Shown here: positions 40,845 through 60,188 of the stretch, piece by piece
Numbering within the stretch: position 1 is the stretch's first letter
Layout of the letters: each line of letters starts with the position of its first letter
Assembly (NCBI RefSeq): GCF_009914755.1
Contig: NC_060948.1
Direction: 5' to 3' (one strand)
From: the human T2T-CHM13v2.0 reference genome, Homo sapiens
Length of the DNA stretch: 64,000 nt
Position numbers and translations under genes: made by a program
Notes under the pieces: generated by a model
The model's input: only the letters and a program-made list of their open reading frames with translations
Database searches by the model: none
Told to the model about the DNA's origin: nothing

Positions 40845-42395
40845 ACATTATGTATATAATAATATACAGTATCATATATATAATATATATAACCTATGTA
40901 TAATATTGTTTTACATCCTGCATCTTATGTTATATATATTGTATAAAATATAATAATTGATAATATATAAGTTTTATAATTATACAATATGACATATAGT
41001 ATATATTATAATTTATGACATATATAATATATGTTATATATCATATATAGAATATATTATACGGTTAATATACGTATTAAATATAAATTATACATTATAT
41101 ATATTATATATAATATATCTGTTATATATAATACCCATTATGCATAATATATATATTATGTCTATGTTATATATAGTATAAAACAACATATAATAATATA
41201 TAATTGTATATATAAAATGCGACATATAATATATATTATATTTTATAACATATGTAATATATATTATATATTATATATAATACGTTGTATGTATAATACC
41301 TATATTAAATATATATTATATGACTATGTTATTAATTACATGTCACATGTGTTATATATTATATATTTTACATAGAATATACCGGTAACATACAATATAT
41401 ACTATGTTACCTATAATGTATAATTTATTACATGTAAAATAAAGAATGCAATATATTATGTATAATTTATAATATACAATATGTGGAATGTGATATATAT
41501 AACATATAATATATGATATATGATATACAGTATATGATATATAACATACAATATATGATTCCTAATATATATGGTATACAATATATATTTTATGATATGT
41601 ATTCTATATGTTTTATATTCTGTTATATATAACTATTTGAAATTATATATAACTGTATAATATTTTATGTAAATATGTAATATAATATATATAACTATAT
41701 AATATATTATATATAATTATATATTATGTTATATATACTTTTATAACATAATTTACATAAAATATCATAATATAATATATATTATATTATTTCATATTAC
41801 ATAATATATATTACATATCACCCAATATAACTAACATACATAATATTATAATATAGATTATATTATGTTATATTAAATATCATATATATCATGTATCATA
41901 TATTCTATAATATATATTACACATTATATAATATGTATGTTGTCTATTATGTGATATATATAAGTATGTATATAATTATATTTTTATACATATAACTAGA
42001 TAAACATGTAATTTTACATATTTTCATTTATAATATGTAGAATTATATAATCTTATATAATTATTTATATTCTATAAAAAATTTTATCATTATATAAATT
42101 ATAATATATAAAAATTATAATATGTACTACAAATATATATATTATATATCATATATGATATAGTACCTTTGTTATATATCATAATACATATAAATGTGTA
42201 TTATGTTATCTATAATTATATAATTTCATATATAAGATGTATAATATGTATCATATATTATATATGTTATGTAATATTTATAGTATATATAAGATGACAC
42301 AGGATAAATATTATATACTATGACATATAAAATATATGAGGTTACATGTTACATATAAGGCATAGCACATAACATGTAATATATATCATATATAA

Positions 42396-42686
42396 TTATT
42401 TTTTAGACAGAATCTTGTCCTGTTGCACAGGGTGGGTTACAATGGCGCCATCTTGCTCACTGCATCTTCTGCCTCACGGGTCCAAGCGATTGTCCTCCCT
42501 CAGCCTCCCAGGTAGCTGGGACTACACCACACTGGGACTACACCAGCTGCCACCATGCCTAGCTAATTTTTTGGATTTTTAGTAGTGACAGCGTTTCACT
42601 GTATTGGCCAGGATGGTCTTGATCTCTTCACCTTGTGATCCCCTTGCCTTGGCCTCCAAATTTGCTGGGATTACAGGCCTGAGCCA
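42396..42686 (-). mobile_element. Alu subunit U18
   Basis: Copy with 1-bp deletion and private SNVs; interrupted tail. Confidence 0.92.
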
Positions 42687-43263
42687 AGATCCATATTTTT
42701 TAAATGAAAAAAAATTTCAAAGGTACTCTGCTTGGTACAATAATCAAATGTATAAGCTGAGGAATAAAACATAACCATGAAACCTACTTAGAACTGCATA
42801 TGGAAAATACAGAGGATAATTTTTTAAATAACATATTTTGAAAGCCTTAACTAGTAATTTGAAGAGTTGGCATTTGAAAGGCCAGTATGAATATACCTTC
42901 AAAGCAGCAACACAGGTTCCCCATGAGAAAAAGCAAACACAGGGAAAATAAAAACACAAAGGTTCACTGTCTTCTGACCTTTGAAAGACACAGCACAGAC
43001 AGTGGTCCTTAGGACGAAGAGCAGGAGACCCCTAATTCCGTCACCATGGCGATAGGGCATAAACATTGCTGGGTGAGGGCACAATCCACATTGTGAGGTC
43101 CAACTGCTGCCAGGAAGACAGGAGTGCTTTTACATAGACCGAAAGGTCATTGAAGGCTCAGAGTTTTGTTTCAAGAACTGAATCCCAAGCCCACACGTTA
43201 TTAGGCTGCGCTTCTTAAAACAAGTTATGAGATGGGAAAAAGGGCACCCACAAACATACGTAT
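42687..43263. repeat. HSATI subunit U18
   Basis: Copy with private changes. Confidence 0.8.
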
Positions 43264-44788
43264 ACATTATGTATATAATAATATACAGTATCATATATAT
43301 AATATATATAACCTATGTATAATATTGTTTTACATCCTGCATCTTATGTTATATATATTGTATAAAATATAATAATTGATAATATATAAGTTTTATAATT
43401 ATACAATATGACATATAGTATATATTATAATTTATGACATATATAATATATGTTATATATCATATATAGAATATATTATAAGGTTAATATACGTATTAAA
43501 TATAAATTATACATTATATATATTATATATAATATATCTGTTATATATAATACCCATTATGCATAATATATATATTATGTCTATGTTATATATAGTATAA
43601 AACAACATATAATATATAATTGTATATATAAAATGCGACATATAATATATATTATATTTTATAACATATGTAATATATATTATATATTATATATAATACG
43701 TTGTATGTATAATACCTATATTAAATATATATTATATGACTATGTTATTAATTACATGTCACATGTGTTATATATTATATATTTTACGTAGAATATACCG
43801 GTAACATACAATATATACTATGTTACCTATAATGTATAATTTATTACATGTAAAATAAAGAATGCAATATATTATGTATAATTTATAATATACAATATGT
43901 GGAATGTGATATATATAACATATAATATATGATATATGATATACAGTATATGATATATAACATACAATATATGATTCCTAATATATATGGTATACAATAT
44001 ATATTTTATGATATGTATTCCATATGTTTTATATTCTGTTATATATAACTATTTGAAATTATATATAACTGTATAATATTTTATGTAAATATGTAATATA
44101 ATATATATAACTATATAATATATTATATATAATTATATATTATGTTATATATACTTTTATAACATAATTTACATAAAATATCATAATATAATATATATTA
44201 TATTATTTCATATTACATAATATATATTACATATCACCCAATATAACTAACATACATAATATTATAATATAGATTATATTATGTTATATTAAATATCATA
44301 TATATCATGTATCATATATTCTATAATATATATTACACATTATATAATATGTATGTTGTCTATTATGTGATATATATAACTATGTATATAATTATATTTT
44401 TATACATATAACTAGATAAACATGTAATTTTACATATTTTCATTTATAATATATAGAATTATATAATCATATATAATTATTTATATTCTATAAAAAATTT
44501 TATCATTATATAAATTATAATATATAAAAATTATAATATGTACTACAAATATATATATTATATATGATATATGATATAGTACCTTTGTTATATATCATAA
44601 TACATATAAATGTGTATTATGTTATCTATAATTATATAATTTCATATATAAGGTGTATAATATGTATCATATATTATATATGTTATGTAATATTTATAGT
44701 ATATATAAGATGACACAGGGTAAATATTATATACTATGACATATAAAATATATGAGGTTATATGTTACATATAAGGCATAGCACATAA

Positions 44789-45103
<315 letters not shown>

Positions 45104-45680
45104 AGATCCATATTTTTTAAATGAAAAAAAATTTCAAAGGTACTCTGCTTGGTACAATAATCAAATGTATAAACTGAGGAATAAAACATAACCATGAAAC
45201 CTACTTATAACTGCATATGGAAAATACAGAGGATAATTTTTTAAATAACATATTTTGAAAGCCTTAACTAGTAATTTGAAGAGTTGGCATTTGAAAGGCC
45301 AGTATGAATATACCTTCAAAGCAGCAACACAGGTTCCCCATGAGAAAAAGCAAACACAGGGAAAATAAAAACACAAACGTTCAATCTCTTCTGACCTTTG
45401 AAAGACACAGCACAGACAGTGGTCCTTAGGACGAAGAGCAGGAGACCCCTAATTCCGTCACCATGGCGATAGGGCATAAACATTGCTGGGTGAGGGCACA
45501 ATCCACATTGTGAGGTCCAACTGCTGCCAGGAAGACAGGAGTGCTTTTACATAGACCGAAAGGTCATTGAAGGCTCAGAGTTTTGTTTCAAGAACTGAAT
45601 CCCAAGCCCACACGTTATTAGGCTGCGCTTCTTAAAACAAGTTATGAGATGGGAAAAAGGGCACCCACAAACATACGTAT
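45104..45680. repeat. HSATI subunit U19
   Basis: Copy of U1 segment. Confidence 0.8.
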
Positions 45681-47208
45681 ACATTATGTACATAATAATA
45701 TACAGTATCATATATATAATATATATAACCTATGTATAATATTGTTTTACATCCTGCATCTTATGTTATATATATTGTATAAAATATAATAATTGATAAT
45801 ATATAAGTTTTATAATTATACAATATGACATATAGAATATATTATAATTTATGACATATATAATATATGTTATATATCATATATAGAATATATTATACGG
45901 TTAATATACGTATTAAATATAAATTATACATTATATATATTATATATAATACATCTGTTATATATAATACCCATTATGCATAATATATATATTATGTCTA
46001 TGTTATATATAGTATAAAACAACATATAATAATATATAATTGTATATATAAAATGCGACATATAATATATATTATATTTTATAACATATGTAATATATAT
46101 TATATATTATATATAATACGTTGTATGTATAATACCTATATTAAATATATATTATATGACTATGTTATTAATTACATGTCACATGTGTTATATATTATAT
46201 ATTTTACATAGAATATACCGGTAACATACAATATATACTATGTTACCTATAATGTATAATTTATTACATGTAAAATAAAGAATGCAATATATTATGTATA
46301 ATTTATAATATACAATATGTGGAATGTGATATATATAACATATAATATATGATATATGATATACAGTATATGATATATAACATACAATATATGATTCCTA
46401 ATATATATGGTATACAATATATATTTTATGATATGTATTCTATATGTTTTATATTCTGTTATATATAACTATTTGAAATTATATATAACTGTATAATATT
46501 TTATGTAAATATGTAATATAATATATATAACTATATAATATATTATATATAATTATATATTATGTTATATATACTTTTATAACATAATTTACATAAAATA
46601 TCATAATATAATATATATTATATTATTTCATATTACATAATATATATTACATATCACCCAATATAACTAACATACATAATATTATAATATAGATTATATT
46701 ATGTTATATTAAATATCATATATATCATGTATCATATATTCTATAATATATATTACACATTATATAATATGTATGTTGTCTACTATGTGATATATATAAC
46801 TATGTATATAATTATATTTTTATACATATAACTAGATAAACATGTAATTTTACATATTTTCATTTATAATATGTAGAATTATATAATCATATATAATTAT
46901 TTATATTCTATAAAAAATTTTATCATTATATAAATTATAATATATAAAAATTATAATATGTACTACAAATATATATATTATATATCATATATGATATAGT
47001 ACCTTTGTTATATATCATAATACATATAAATGTGTATTATGTTATCTATAATTATATAATTTCATATATAAGGTGTATAATATGTATCATATATTATATA
47101 TGTTATGTAATATTTATAGTATATATAAGATGACACAGGGTAAATATTATATACTATGACATATAAAATATATGAGGTTATATGTTACATATAAGGCATA
47201 GCACATAA

Positions 47209-47523
<315 letters not shown>

Positions 47524-48100
47524 AGATCCATATTTTTTAAATGAAAAAAAATTTCAAAGGTACTCTGCTTGGTACAATAATCAAATGTATAAACTGAGGA
47601 ATAAAACATAACCATGAAACCTACTTATAACTGCATATGGAAAATACAGAGGATAATTTTTTAAATAACATATTTTGAAAGCCTTAACTAGTAATTTGAA
47701 GAGTTGGCATTTGAAAGGCCAGTATGAATATACCTTCAAAGCAGCAACACAGGTTCCCCATGAGAAAAAGCAAACACAGGGAAAATAAAAACACAAACGT
47801 TCAATCTCTTCTGACCTTTGAAAGACACAGCACAGACAGTGGTCCTTAGGACGAAGAGCAGGAGACCCCTAATTCCGTCACCATGGCGATAGGGCATAAA
47901 CATTGCTGGGTGAGGGCACAATCCACATTGTGAGGTCCAACTGCTGCCAGGAAGACAGGAGTGCTTTTACATAGACCGAAAGGTCATTGAAGGCTCAGAG
48001 TTTTGTTTCAAGAACTGAATCCCAAGCCCACACGTTATTAGGCTGCGCTTCTTAAAACAAGTTATGAGATGGGAAAAAGGGCACCCACAAACATACGTAT
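47524..48100. repeat. HSATI subunit U20
   Basis: Copy of U1 segment. Confidence 0.8.
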
Positions 48101-49624
48101 ACATTATGTATATAATAATATACAGTATCATATATATAATATATATAACCTATGTATAATATTGTTTTACATCCTGCATCTTATGTTATATATTGTATAA
48201 AATATAATAATTGATAATATATAAGTTTTATAATTATACAATATGACATATAGTATATATTATAATTTATGACATATATAATATATGTTATATATCATAT
48301 ATAGAATATATTATACGGTTAATATATGTATTAAATATAAATTATACATTATATATATTATATATAATATATCTGTTATATATAATACCCATTATGCATA
48401 ATATATATATTATGTCTATGTTATATATAGTATAAAACAACATATAATAATATATAATTGTATATATAAAATGTGACATATAATATATATTATATTTTAT
48501 AACATATGTAATATATATTATATATTATATATAATACGTTGTATGTATAATACCTATATTAAATATATATTATATGACTATGTTATTAATTACATGTCAC
48601 ATGTGTTATATATTATATATTTTACATAGAATATACCGGTAACATACAATATATACTATATTACCTATAATGTATAATTTATTACATGTAAAATAAAGAA
48701 TGCAATATATTATGTATAATTTATAATATACAATATGTGGAATGTGATATATATAACATATAATATATGATATATGATATACAGTGTATGATATATAACG
48801 TACAATATATGATTCCTAATATATATGGTATACAATATATATTTTATGATATGTATTCTATATGTTTTATATTCTGTTATATATAACTATTTGAAATTAT
48901 ATATAACTGTATAATATTTTATGTAAATATGTAATATAATATATAACTACATAGTATATTATATATTACTATATATTATGTTATATATACTTTTATAACA
49001 TAATTTACATAAAATATCATAATATAATATATATTATATTATTTCATATTACATAATATATATTACATATCACCCAATATAACTAACATACATAATATTA
49101 TAATATAGATTATATTATGTTATATTGAATATCATATATATCATGTATCATATATTCTATAATATATATTACACATTATATAATATGTATGTTGTCTATT
49201 AAGTGATATATATAACTATATATATAATTATATTTTTATACATATAACTGGATAAACATGTAATTCTACATATTTTCATTTATAATATGTAGAATTATAT
49301 AATCATATATAATTTTTTATATTCTATAAAAAATTTTATCATTTTATAAATTATAATATATAAAAATTATAATATGTACTACAAATATATATATTATATA
49401 TCATATATGATATAGTACCACTGTTATATATCATAATACATATAAATGTGTATTATGTTATCTATAATTATATAATTTCATATATAAGGTGTATAATATG
49501 TATCATATATTATATATGTTATGTAATATTTATAGTATATATAAGATGACACAGGGTAAATATTATATACTATGACATATAAAATATATGAGGTTATATG
49601 TTACATATAAGGCATAGCACATAA

Positions 49625-49939
<315 letters not shown>

Positions 49940-50516
49940 AGATCCATATTTTTTAAATGAAAAAAAATTTCAAAGGTACTCTGCTTGGTACAATAATCAA
50001 ATGTATAAACTGAGGAATAAAACATAACCATGAAACCTACTTATAACTGCATATGGAAAATACAGAGGATAATTTTTTAAATAACATATTTTGAAAGCCT
50101 TAACTAGTAATTTGAAGAGTTGGCATTTGAAAGGCCAGTATGAATATACCTTCAAAGCAGCAACACAGGTTCCCCATGAGAAAAAGCAAACACAGGGAAA
50201 ATAAAAACACAAAGGTTCAATCTCTTCTGACCTTTGAAAGACACAGCACAGACAGTGGTCCTTAGGACGAAGAGCAGGAGACCCCTAATTCCGTCACCAT
50301 GGCGATAGGGCATAAACATTGCTGGGTGAGGGCACAATCCACATTGTGAGGTCCAACTGCTGCCAGGAAGACAGGAGTGCTTTTACATAGACCGAAAGGT
50401 CATTGAAGGCTCAGAGTTTTGTTTCAAGAACTGAATCCCAAGCCCACACGTTATTAGGCTGCGCTTCTTAAAACAAGTTATGAGATGGGAAAAAGGGCAC
50501 CCACAAACATACGTAT
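49940..50516. repeat. HSATI subunit U21
   Basis: Copy of U1 segment. Confidence 0.8.
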
Positions 50517-52034
50517 ACATTATGTATATAATAATATACAGTATCATATATATAATATATATAACCTATGTATAATATTGTTTTACATCCTGCATCTTAT
50601 GTTATATATATTGTATAAAATATAATAATTGATAATATATAAGTTTTATAATTATACAATATGACATATAGTATATATTATAATTTATGACATATATAAT
50701 ATATGTTATATATCATATATAGAATATATTATACGGTTAATATACGTATTAAATATAAATTATACATTATATATATTATATATAATATATCTGTTATATA
50801 TAATACCCATTATGCATAATACATATATTATGTCTATGTTATATATAGTATAAAACAACATAAAATAATATATAATTGTATATATAAAATGCGACATATA
50901 ATATATATTATATTTCATAACATATGTAATATATATTATATATACGTTGTATGTATAATACCTATATTAAATATATATTATATGACTATGTTATTAATTA
51001 CATGTCACATGTGTTATATATTATATATTTTACATAGAATATACCGGTTACATACAATATATACTATGTTACCTATAATGTATAATTTATTACATGTAAA
51101 ATAAAGAATGCAATATATTATGTATAATTTATAATATACAATATGTGGAATGTGATATATGTAACATATAATATATGATATATGATATACAGTATATGAT
51201 ATATAACATACAATATATGATTCCTAATATGTATGGTATACAATATATATTTTATGATATGTATTCTATATGTTTTATATTCTGTTATATATAACTATTT
51301 GAAATTATATATAACTGTATAATATTTTATGTAAATATGTAATATAATATATATAACTATATAATATATTATATATAACTATATATTATGTTATATATAC
51401 TTTTATAACATAATTTACATAAAATATCATAATATAATATATATTATATTATTTCATATTACATAATATATATTACATATCACCCAATATAACTAACATA
51501 CATAATATTATAATATAGATTATATTATGTTATATTAAATATCATATATATCATGTATCATATATTCTATAATATATATTACACATTATATAATATGTAT
51601 GTTGTCTATTATGTGATATATATAACTATATATATAATTATATTTTTATACATATAACTAGATAAACATGTAATTTTACATATTTTCATTTATAATATGT
51701 AGAATTATATAATCATATATAATTATTTATATTCTATAAAAAATTTTATCATTATATAAATTATAATATATAAAAATTATAATATGTACTACAAATATAT
51801 ATATTATATATCATATATGATATAGTACCTTTGTTATATATCATAATACATATAAATGTGTATTATGTTATCTATAACTATATAATTTCATATATAAGAT
51901 GTATAATATGTATCATATATTATATATGTTATGTAATATATATAGTATATATAAGATGACACAGGATAAATATTATATACTATGACATATAAAATATATG
52001 AGGTTATATGTTACATATAAGGCATAGCACATAA

Positions 52035-52349
<315 letters not shown>

Positions 52350-52926
52350 AGATCCATATTTTTTAAATGAAAAAAAATTTCAAAGGTACTCTGCTTGGTA
52401 CAATAATCAAATGTATAAACTGAGGAATAAAACATAACCATGAAACCTACTTATAACTGCATATGGAAAATACAGAGGATAATTTTTTAAATAACATATT
52501 TTGAAAGCCTTAACTAGTAATTTGAAGAGTTGGCATTTGAAAGGCCAGTATGAATATACCTTCAAAGCAGCAACACAGGTTCCCCATGAGAAAAAGCAAA
52601 CACAGGGAAAATAAAAACACAAAGGTTCAATGTCTTCTGACCTTTGAAAGACACAGCACAGACAGTGGTCCTTAGGACGAAGAGCAGGAGACCCCTAATT
52701 CCGTCACCATGGCGATAGGGCATAAACATTGCTGGGTGAGGGCACAATCCACATTGTGAGGTCCAACTGCTGCCAGGAAGACAGGAGTGCTTTTACATAG
52801 ACCGAAAGGTCATTGAAGGCTCAGAGTTTTGTTTCAAGAACTGAATCCCAAGCCCACACGTTATTAGGCTGCGCTTCTTAAAACAAGTTATGAGATGGGA
52901 AAAAGGGCACCCACAAACATACGTAT
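52350..52926. repeat. HSATI subunit U22
   Basis: Copy of U1 segment. Confidence 0.8.
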
Positions 52927-54456
52927 ACATTATGTATATAATAATATACAGTATCATATATATAATATATATAACCTATGTATAATATTGTTTTACATCC
53001 TGCATCTTATGTTATATATATTGTATAAAATATAATAATTGATAATATATAAGTTTTATAATTATACAATATGACATATAGTATATATTATAATTTATGA
53101 CATATATAATATATGTTATATATCATATATAGAATATATTATACGGTTAATATACGTATTAAATATAAATTATACATTATATATATTATATATAATATAT
53201 CTGTTATATATAATACCCATTATGCATAATATATATATTATGTCTATGTTATATATAGTATAGAACAACATATAATAATATATAATTGTATATATAAAAT
53301 GCGACATAGAATACATATTATATTTTATAACATATGTAATATATATTATATATTATATATAATACGTTGTATGTATAATACCTATATTAAATATATATTA
53401 TATGACTATGTTATTAATTACATGTCACATGTGTTATATATTATATATTTTACATAGAATATACCGGTTACATACAATATATACTATGTTACCTATAATG
53501 TATAATTTATTACATGTAAAATAAAGAATGCAATATATTATGTATAATTTATAATATACAATATGTAGAATGTGATATATGTAACATATAATATATGATA
53601 TATGATATACAGTATATGATATATAACATACAATATATGATTCCAAATATATATGGTATACAATATATATTTTATGATATGTATTCTATATGTTTTATAT
53701 TCTGTTATATATAACTATTTGAAATTATATATAACTGTATAATATTTTATGTAAATATGTAATATAATATATATAACTATATAATATATTATATATAACT
53801 ATATATTATGTTATATATACTTTTATAACATAATTTACATAAAATATCATAATATAATATATATTATAATATTTCATATTACATAATATATATTACATAT
53901 CACCCAATATAACTAACATACATAATATTATAATATAGATTATATTATGTTATATTAAATATCATATATATCATGTATCATATATTCTATAATATATATT
54001 ACACATTATATAATATGTATGTTGTCTATTATGTGATATATATAACTATATATATAATTATATTTTTATACATATAACTGGATAAACATGTAATTCGACA
54101 TATTTTCATTTATAATATGTAGAATTATATAATCATATATAATTATTTATATTCTATAAAAAATTTTATCATTATATAAATTATAATATATAAAAATTAT
54201 AATATGCACTACAAATATATATATATTATATATCATATATGATATAGTACCTTTGTTATATATCATAATACATATAAATGTGTATTATGTTATCTATAAC
54301 TATATAATTTCATATATAAGATGTATAATATGTATCATATATTATATATGTTATGTAATATATATAGTATATATAAGATGACACAGGATAAATATTATAT
54401 ACTATGACATATAAAATATATGAGGTTATATGTTACATATAAGGCATAGCACATAA

Positions 54457-54771
<315 letters not shown>

Positions 54772-55348
54772 AGATCCATATTTTTTAAATGAAAAAAAAT
54801 TTCAAAGGTACTCTGCTTGGTACAATAATCAAATGTATAAACTGAGGAATAAAACATAACCATGAAACCTACTTATAACTGCATATGGAAAATACAGAGG
54901 ATAATTTTTTAAATAACATATTTTGAAAGCCTTAACTAGTAATTTGAAGAGTTGGCATTTGAAAGGCCAGTATGAATATACCTTCAAAGCAGCAACACAG
55001 GTTCCCCATGAGAAAAAGCAAACACAGGGAAAATAAAAACACAAAGGTTCAATCTCTTCTGACCTTTGAAAGACACAGCACAGACAGTGGTCCTTAGGAC
55101 GAAGAGCAGGAGACCCCTAATTCCGTCACCATGGCGATAGGGCATAAACATTGCTGGGTGAGGGCACAATCCACATTGTGAGGTCCAACTGCTGCCAGGA
55201 AGACAGGAGTGCTTTTACATAGACCGAAAGGTCATTGAAGGCTCAGAGTTTTGTTTCAAGAACTGAATCCCACGCCCACACGTTATTAGGCTGCGCTTCT
55301 TAAAACAAGTTATGAGATGGGAAAAAGGGCACCCACAAACATACGTAT
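54772..55348. repeat. HSATI subunit U23
   Basis: Copy of U1 segment. Confidence 0.8.
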
Positions 55349-56876
55349 ACATTATGTATATAATAATATACAGTATCATATATATAATATATATAACCTA
55401 TGTATAATATTGTTTTACATCCTGCATCCTATGTTATATATATTGTATAAAATATAATAATTGATAATATATAAGTTTTATAATTATACAATATGACATA
55501 TAGTATATATTATAATTTATGACATATATAATATATGTTATATATCATATATAGAATATATTATACGGTTAATATACGTATTAAATATAAATTATACATT
55601 ATATATATTATATATAATATATCTGTTATATATAATACCCATTATGCATAATATATATATTATGTCTATGTTATATATAGTATAAAACAACATATAATAA
55701 TATATAATTGTATATATAAAATGCGACATATAATATATATTATATTTTATAACATATGTAATATATATTATATATTATATATAATACGTTGTATGTATAA
55801 TACCTATATTAAATACATATTATATGACTATGTTATTAATTACATGTCACATGTGTTATATATTATATATTTTACATAGAATATACCGGTTACATACAAT
55901 ATATACTATGTTACCTATAATGTATAATTTATTACATGTAAAATAAATAATGCAATATATTATGAATAATTTATAATATACAATATGTGGAATGTGATAT
56001 ATGTAACATATAATATATGATATATGATATACAGTATATGATATATAACATACAATATATGATTCCTAATATATATGGTATACAATACATATTTTATGAT
56101 ATGTATTCTATATGTTTTATATTCTGTTATATATAACTATTTGAAATTATATATAACTGTATAATATTTTATGTAAATATGTAATATAATATATATAACT
56201 ATATAATATATTATATATAACTATATATTATGTTATATATACTTTTATAACATAATTTACATAAAATATCATAATATAATATATATTATAATATTTCATA
56301 TTACATAATATATATTACATATCACCCAATATAACTAACATACATAATATTATAATATAGATTATATTATGTTATATTAAATATCATATATATCATGTAT
56401 CATATATTCTATAATATATATTACACATTATATAATATGTATGTTGTCTATTATGTGATATATATAACTATATATATAATTATATTTTTATACATATAAC
56501 TACATAAACATGTAATTCTACATATTTTCATTTATAATATGTAGAATTATATAATCATATATAATTATTTATATTCTATAAAAAATTTTATCATTATATA
56601 AATTATAATATATAAAAATTATAATATGTACTACAAATATATATATTATATATCATATATGCTATAGTACCTTTGTTATATATCATAATACATATAAATG
56701 TGTATTATGTTATCTATAATTATATAATTTCATATATAAGTTGTATAATATGTATCATATATTATAGATGTTATGTAATATATATAGTATATATAAGATG
56801 ACACAGGATAAATATTATATACTATGACATATAAAATATATGAGGTTATATGTTACATATAAGGCATAGCACATAA

Positions 56877-57191
<315 letters not shown>

Positions 57192-57768
57192 AGATCCATA
57201 TTTTTTAAATGAAAAAAAATTTCAAAGGTACTCTGCTTGGTACAATAATCAAATGTATAAACTGAGGAATAAAACATAACCATGAAACCTACTTATAACT
57301 GCATATGGAAAATACAGAGGATAATTTTTTAAATAACATATTTTGAAAGCCTTAACTAGTAATTTGAAGAGTTGGCATTTGAAAGGCCAGTATGAATATA
57401 CCTTCAATGCAGCAACACAGGTTCCCCATGAGAAAAAGCAAACACAGGGAAAATAAAAATACAAAGTTTCAATCTCTTCTGACCTTTGAAAGACACAGCA
57501 CAGACAGTGGTCCTTAGGACGAAGAGCAGGAGACCCCTAATTCCGTCACCATGGCGATAGGGCATAAACATTGCTGGGTGAGGGCACAATCCACATTGTG
57601 AGGTCCAACTGCTGCCAGGAAGACAGGAGTGCTTTTACATAGACCGAAAGGTCATTGAAGGCTCAGAGTTTTGTTTCAAGAACTGAATCCCAAGCCCACA
57701 CGTTATTAGGCTGCGCTTCTTAAAACAAGTTATGAGATGGGAAAAAGGGCACCCACAAACATACGTAT
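57192..57768. repeat. HSATI subunit U24
   Basis: Copy with private changes. Confidence 0.8.
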
Positions 57769-59319
57769 ACATTATGTATATAATAATATACAGTATCATA
57801 TATATAATATATATAACCTATGTATAATATTGTTTTACATCCTGCATCCTATGTTATATATATTGTATAAAATATAATAATTGATAATATATAAGTTTTA
57901 TAATTATACAATATGACATATAGTATATATTATAATTTATGACATATATAATATATGTTATATGTCATATATAGAATATATTATACGGTTAATATACGTA
58001 TTAAATATAAATTATACATTATATATGTTATATATAATATATCTGTTATATATAATACCCATTATGCATAATATATATATTATGTCTATGTTATATATAG
58101 TATAAAACAACATATAATAATATATAATTGTATATATAAAATGCGACATATAATATATATTATATTTTATAACATATGTAATATATATTATATATTATAT
58201 ATAATACGTTGTATGTATAATACCTATATTAAATATATATTATATGACTATGTTATTAATTACATGTCACATGTGTTATATATTATATATTTTACATAGA
58301 ATATACCGGTTACATACAATATATACTATGTTACCTATAATGTATAATTTATTACATGTAAAATAAAGAATGCAATATATTATGTAAAATTTATAATATA
58401 CAATATGTGGAATGTGATATATATAACATATAATATATGATATATGATATACAGTATATGATATATAACATACAATATATGATTCCTAATATATATGGTA
58501 TACAATATATATTTTATGATATGTATTCTATATGTTTTATATTCTGTTATATATAACTATTTTAAATTATATATAACTGTATAATATTTTATGTAAATAT
58601 GAAATATAATATATATAACTATATAATATATTATATATAACTATATATTATGTTATATATACTTTTATAACATAATTTACATAAAATATCATAATATAAT
58701 ATATATTATATTATTTCATATTACATAATATATATTACATATCACCCAATATAACTAACATACATAATATTATAATATAGATTATATTGTGTTATATTAA
58801 ATATCATATATATCATGTATCATATATTCTATAATATATATTACACATTATATAATATGTATGTTGTCTATTATGTGATATATATAACTATATATATAAT
58901 TATATTTTTATACATATAACTAGATAAACATGTAATTCTACATATTTTCATTTATAATATGTAGAATTATATAATCATATATAATTATTTATATTCTATA
59001 AAAAATTTTATCATTATATAAATTATAATATATAAAAATTATTATATGTACTACACATATATATATTATATATCATATATGATATAGTACCTTTGTTATA
59101 TATCACAATACATATAAATGTGTATTATGTTATCTATAATTATATAATTTCATATATAAGATGTATAATATGTATCATATATTATATATGTTATGTAATA
59201 TATATAGTATATATAAGATGACACAGGATAAATATTATATACTATGACATATAAAATATATGAGGTTATATGTTACATATAAGGCATAGCACATAACATG
59301 TAATATATATCATATATAA

Positions 59320-59611
<292 letters not shown>

Positions 59612-60188
59612 AGATCCATATTTTTTAAATGAAAAAAAATTTCAAAGGTATTCTGCTTGGTACAATAATCAAATGTATAAACTGAGGAATAAAACATAAC
59701 CATGAAACCTACTTATAACTGCATATGGAAAATACAGAGGATAATTTTTTAAATAACATATTTTGAAAGCCTTAACTAGTAATTTGAAGAGTTGGCATTT
59801 GAAGGGCCAGTATGAATATACCTTCAAAGCAGCAACACAGGTTCCCCATGAGAAAAAGCAAACACAGGGAAAATAAAAACACAAAGGTTCAATCTCTTCT
59901 GACCTTTGAAAGACACAGCACAGACAGTGGTCCTTAGGACGAAGAGCAGGAGACCCCTAATTCCGTCACCATGGCGATAGGGCATAAACATTGCTGGGTG
60001 AGGGCACAATCCACATTGTGAGGTCCAACTGCTGCCAGGAAGACAGGAGTGCTTTTACATAGACCGAAAGGTCATTGAAGGCTCAGAGTTTGGTTTCAAG
60101 AACTGAATCCCAAGCCCACACGTTATTAGGCTGCGCTTCTTAAAACAAGTTATGAGATGGGAAAAAGGGCACCCACAAACATACGTAT
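59612..60188. repeat. HSATI subunit U25
   Basis: Copy of U1 segment. Confidence 0.8.
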
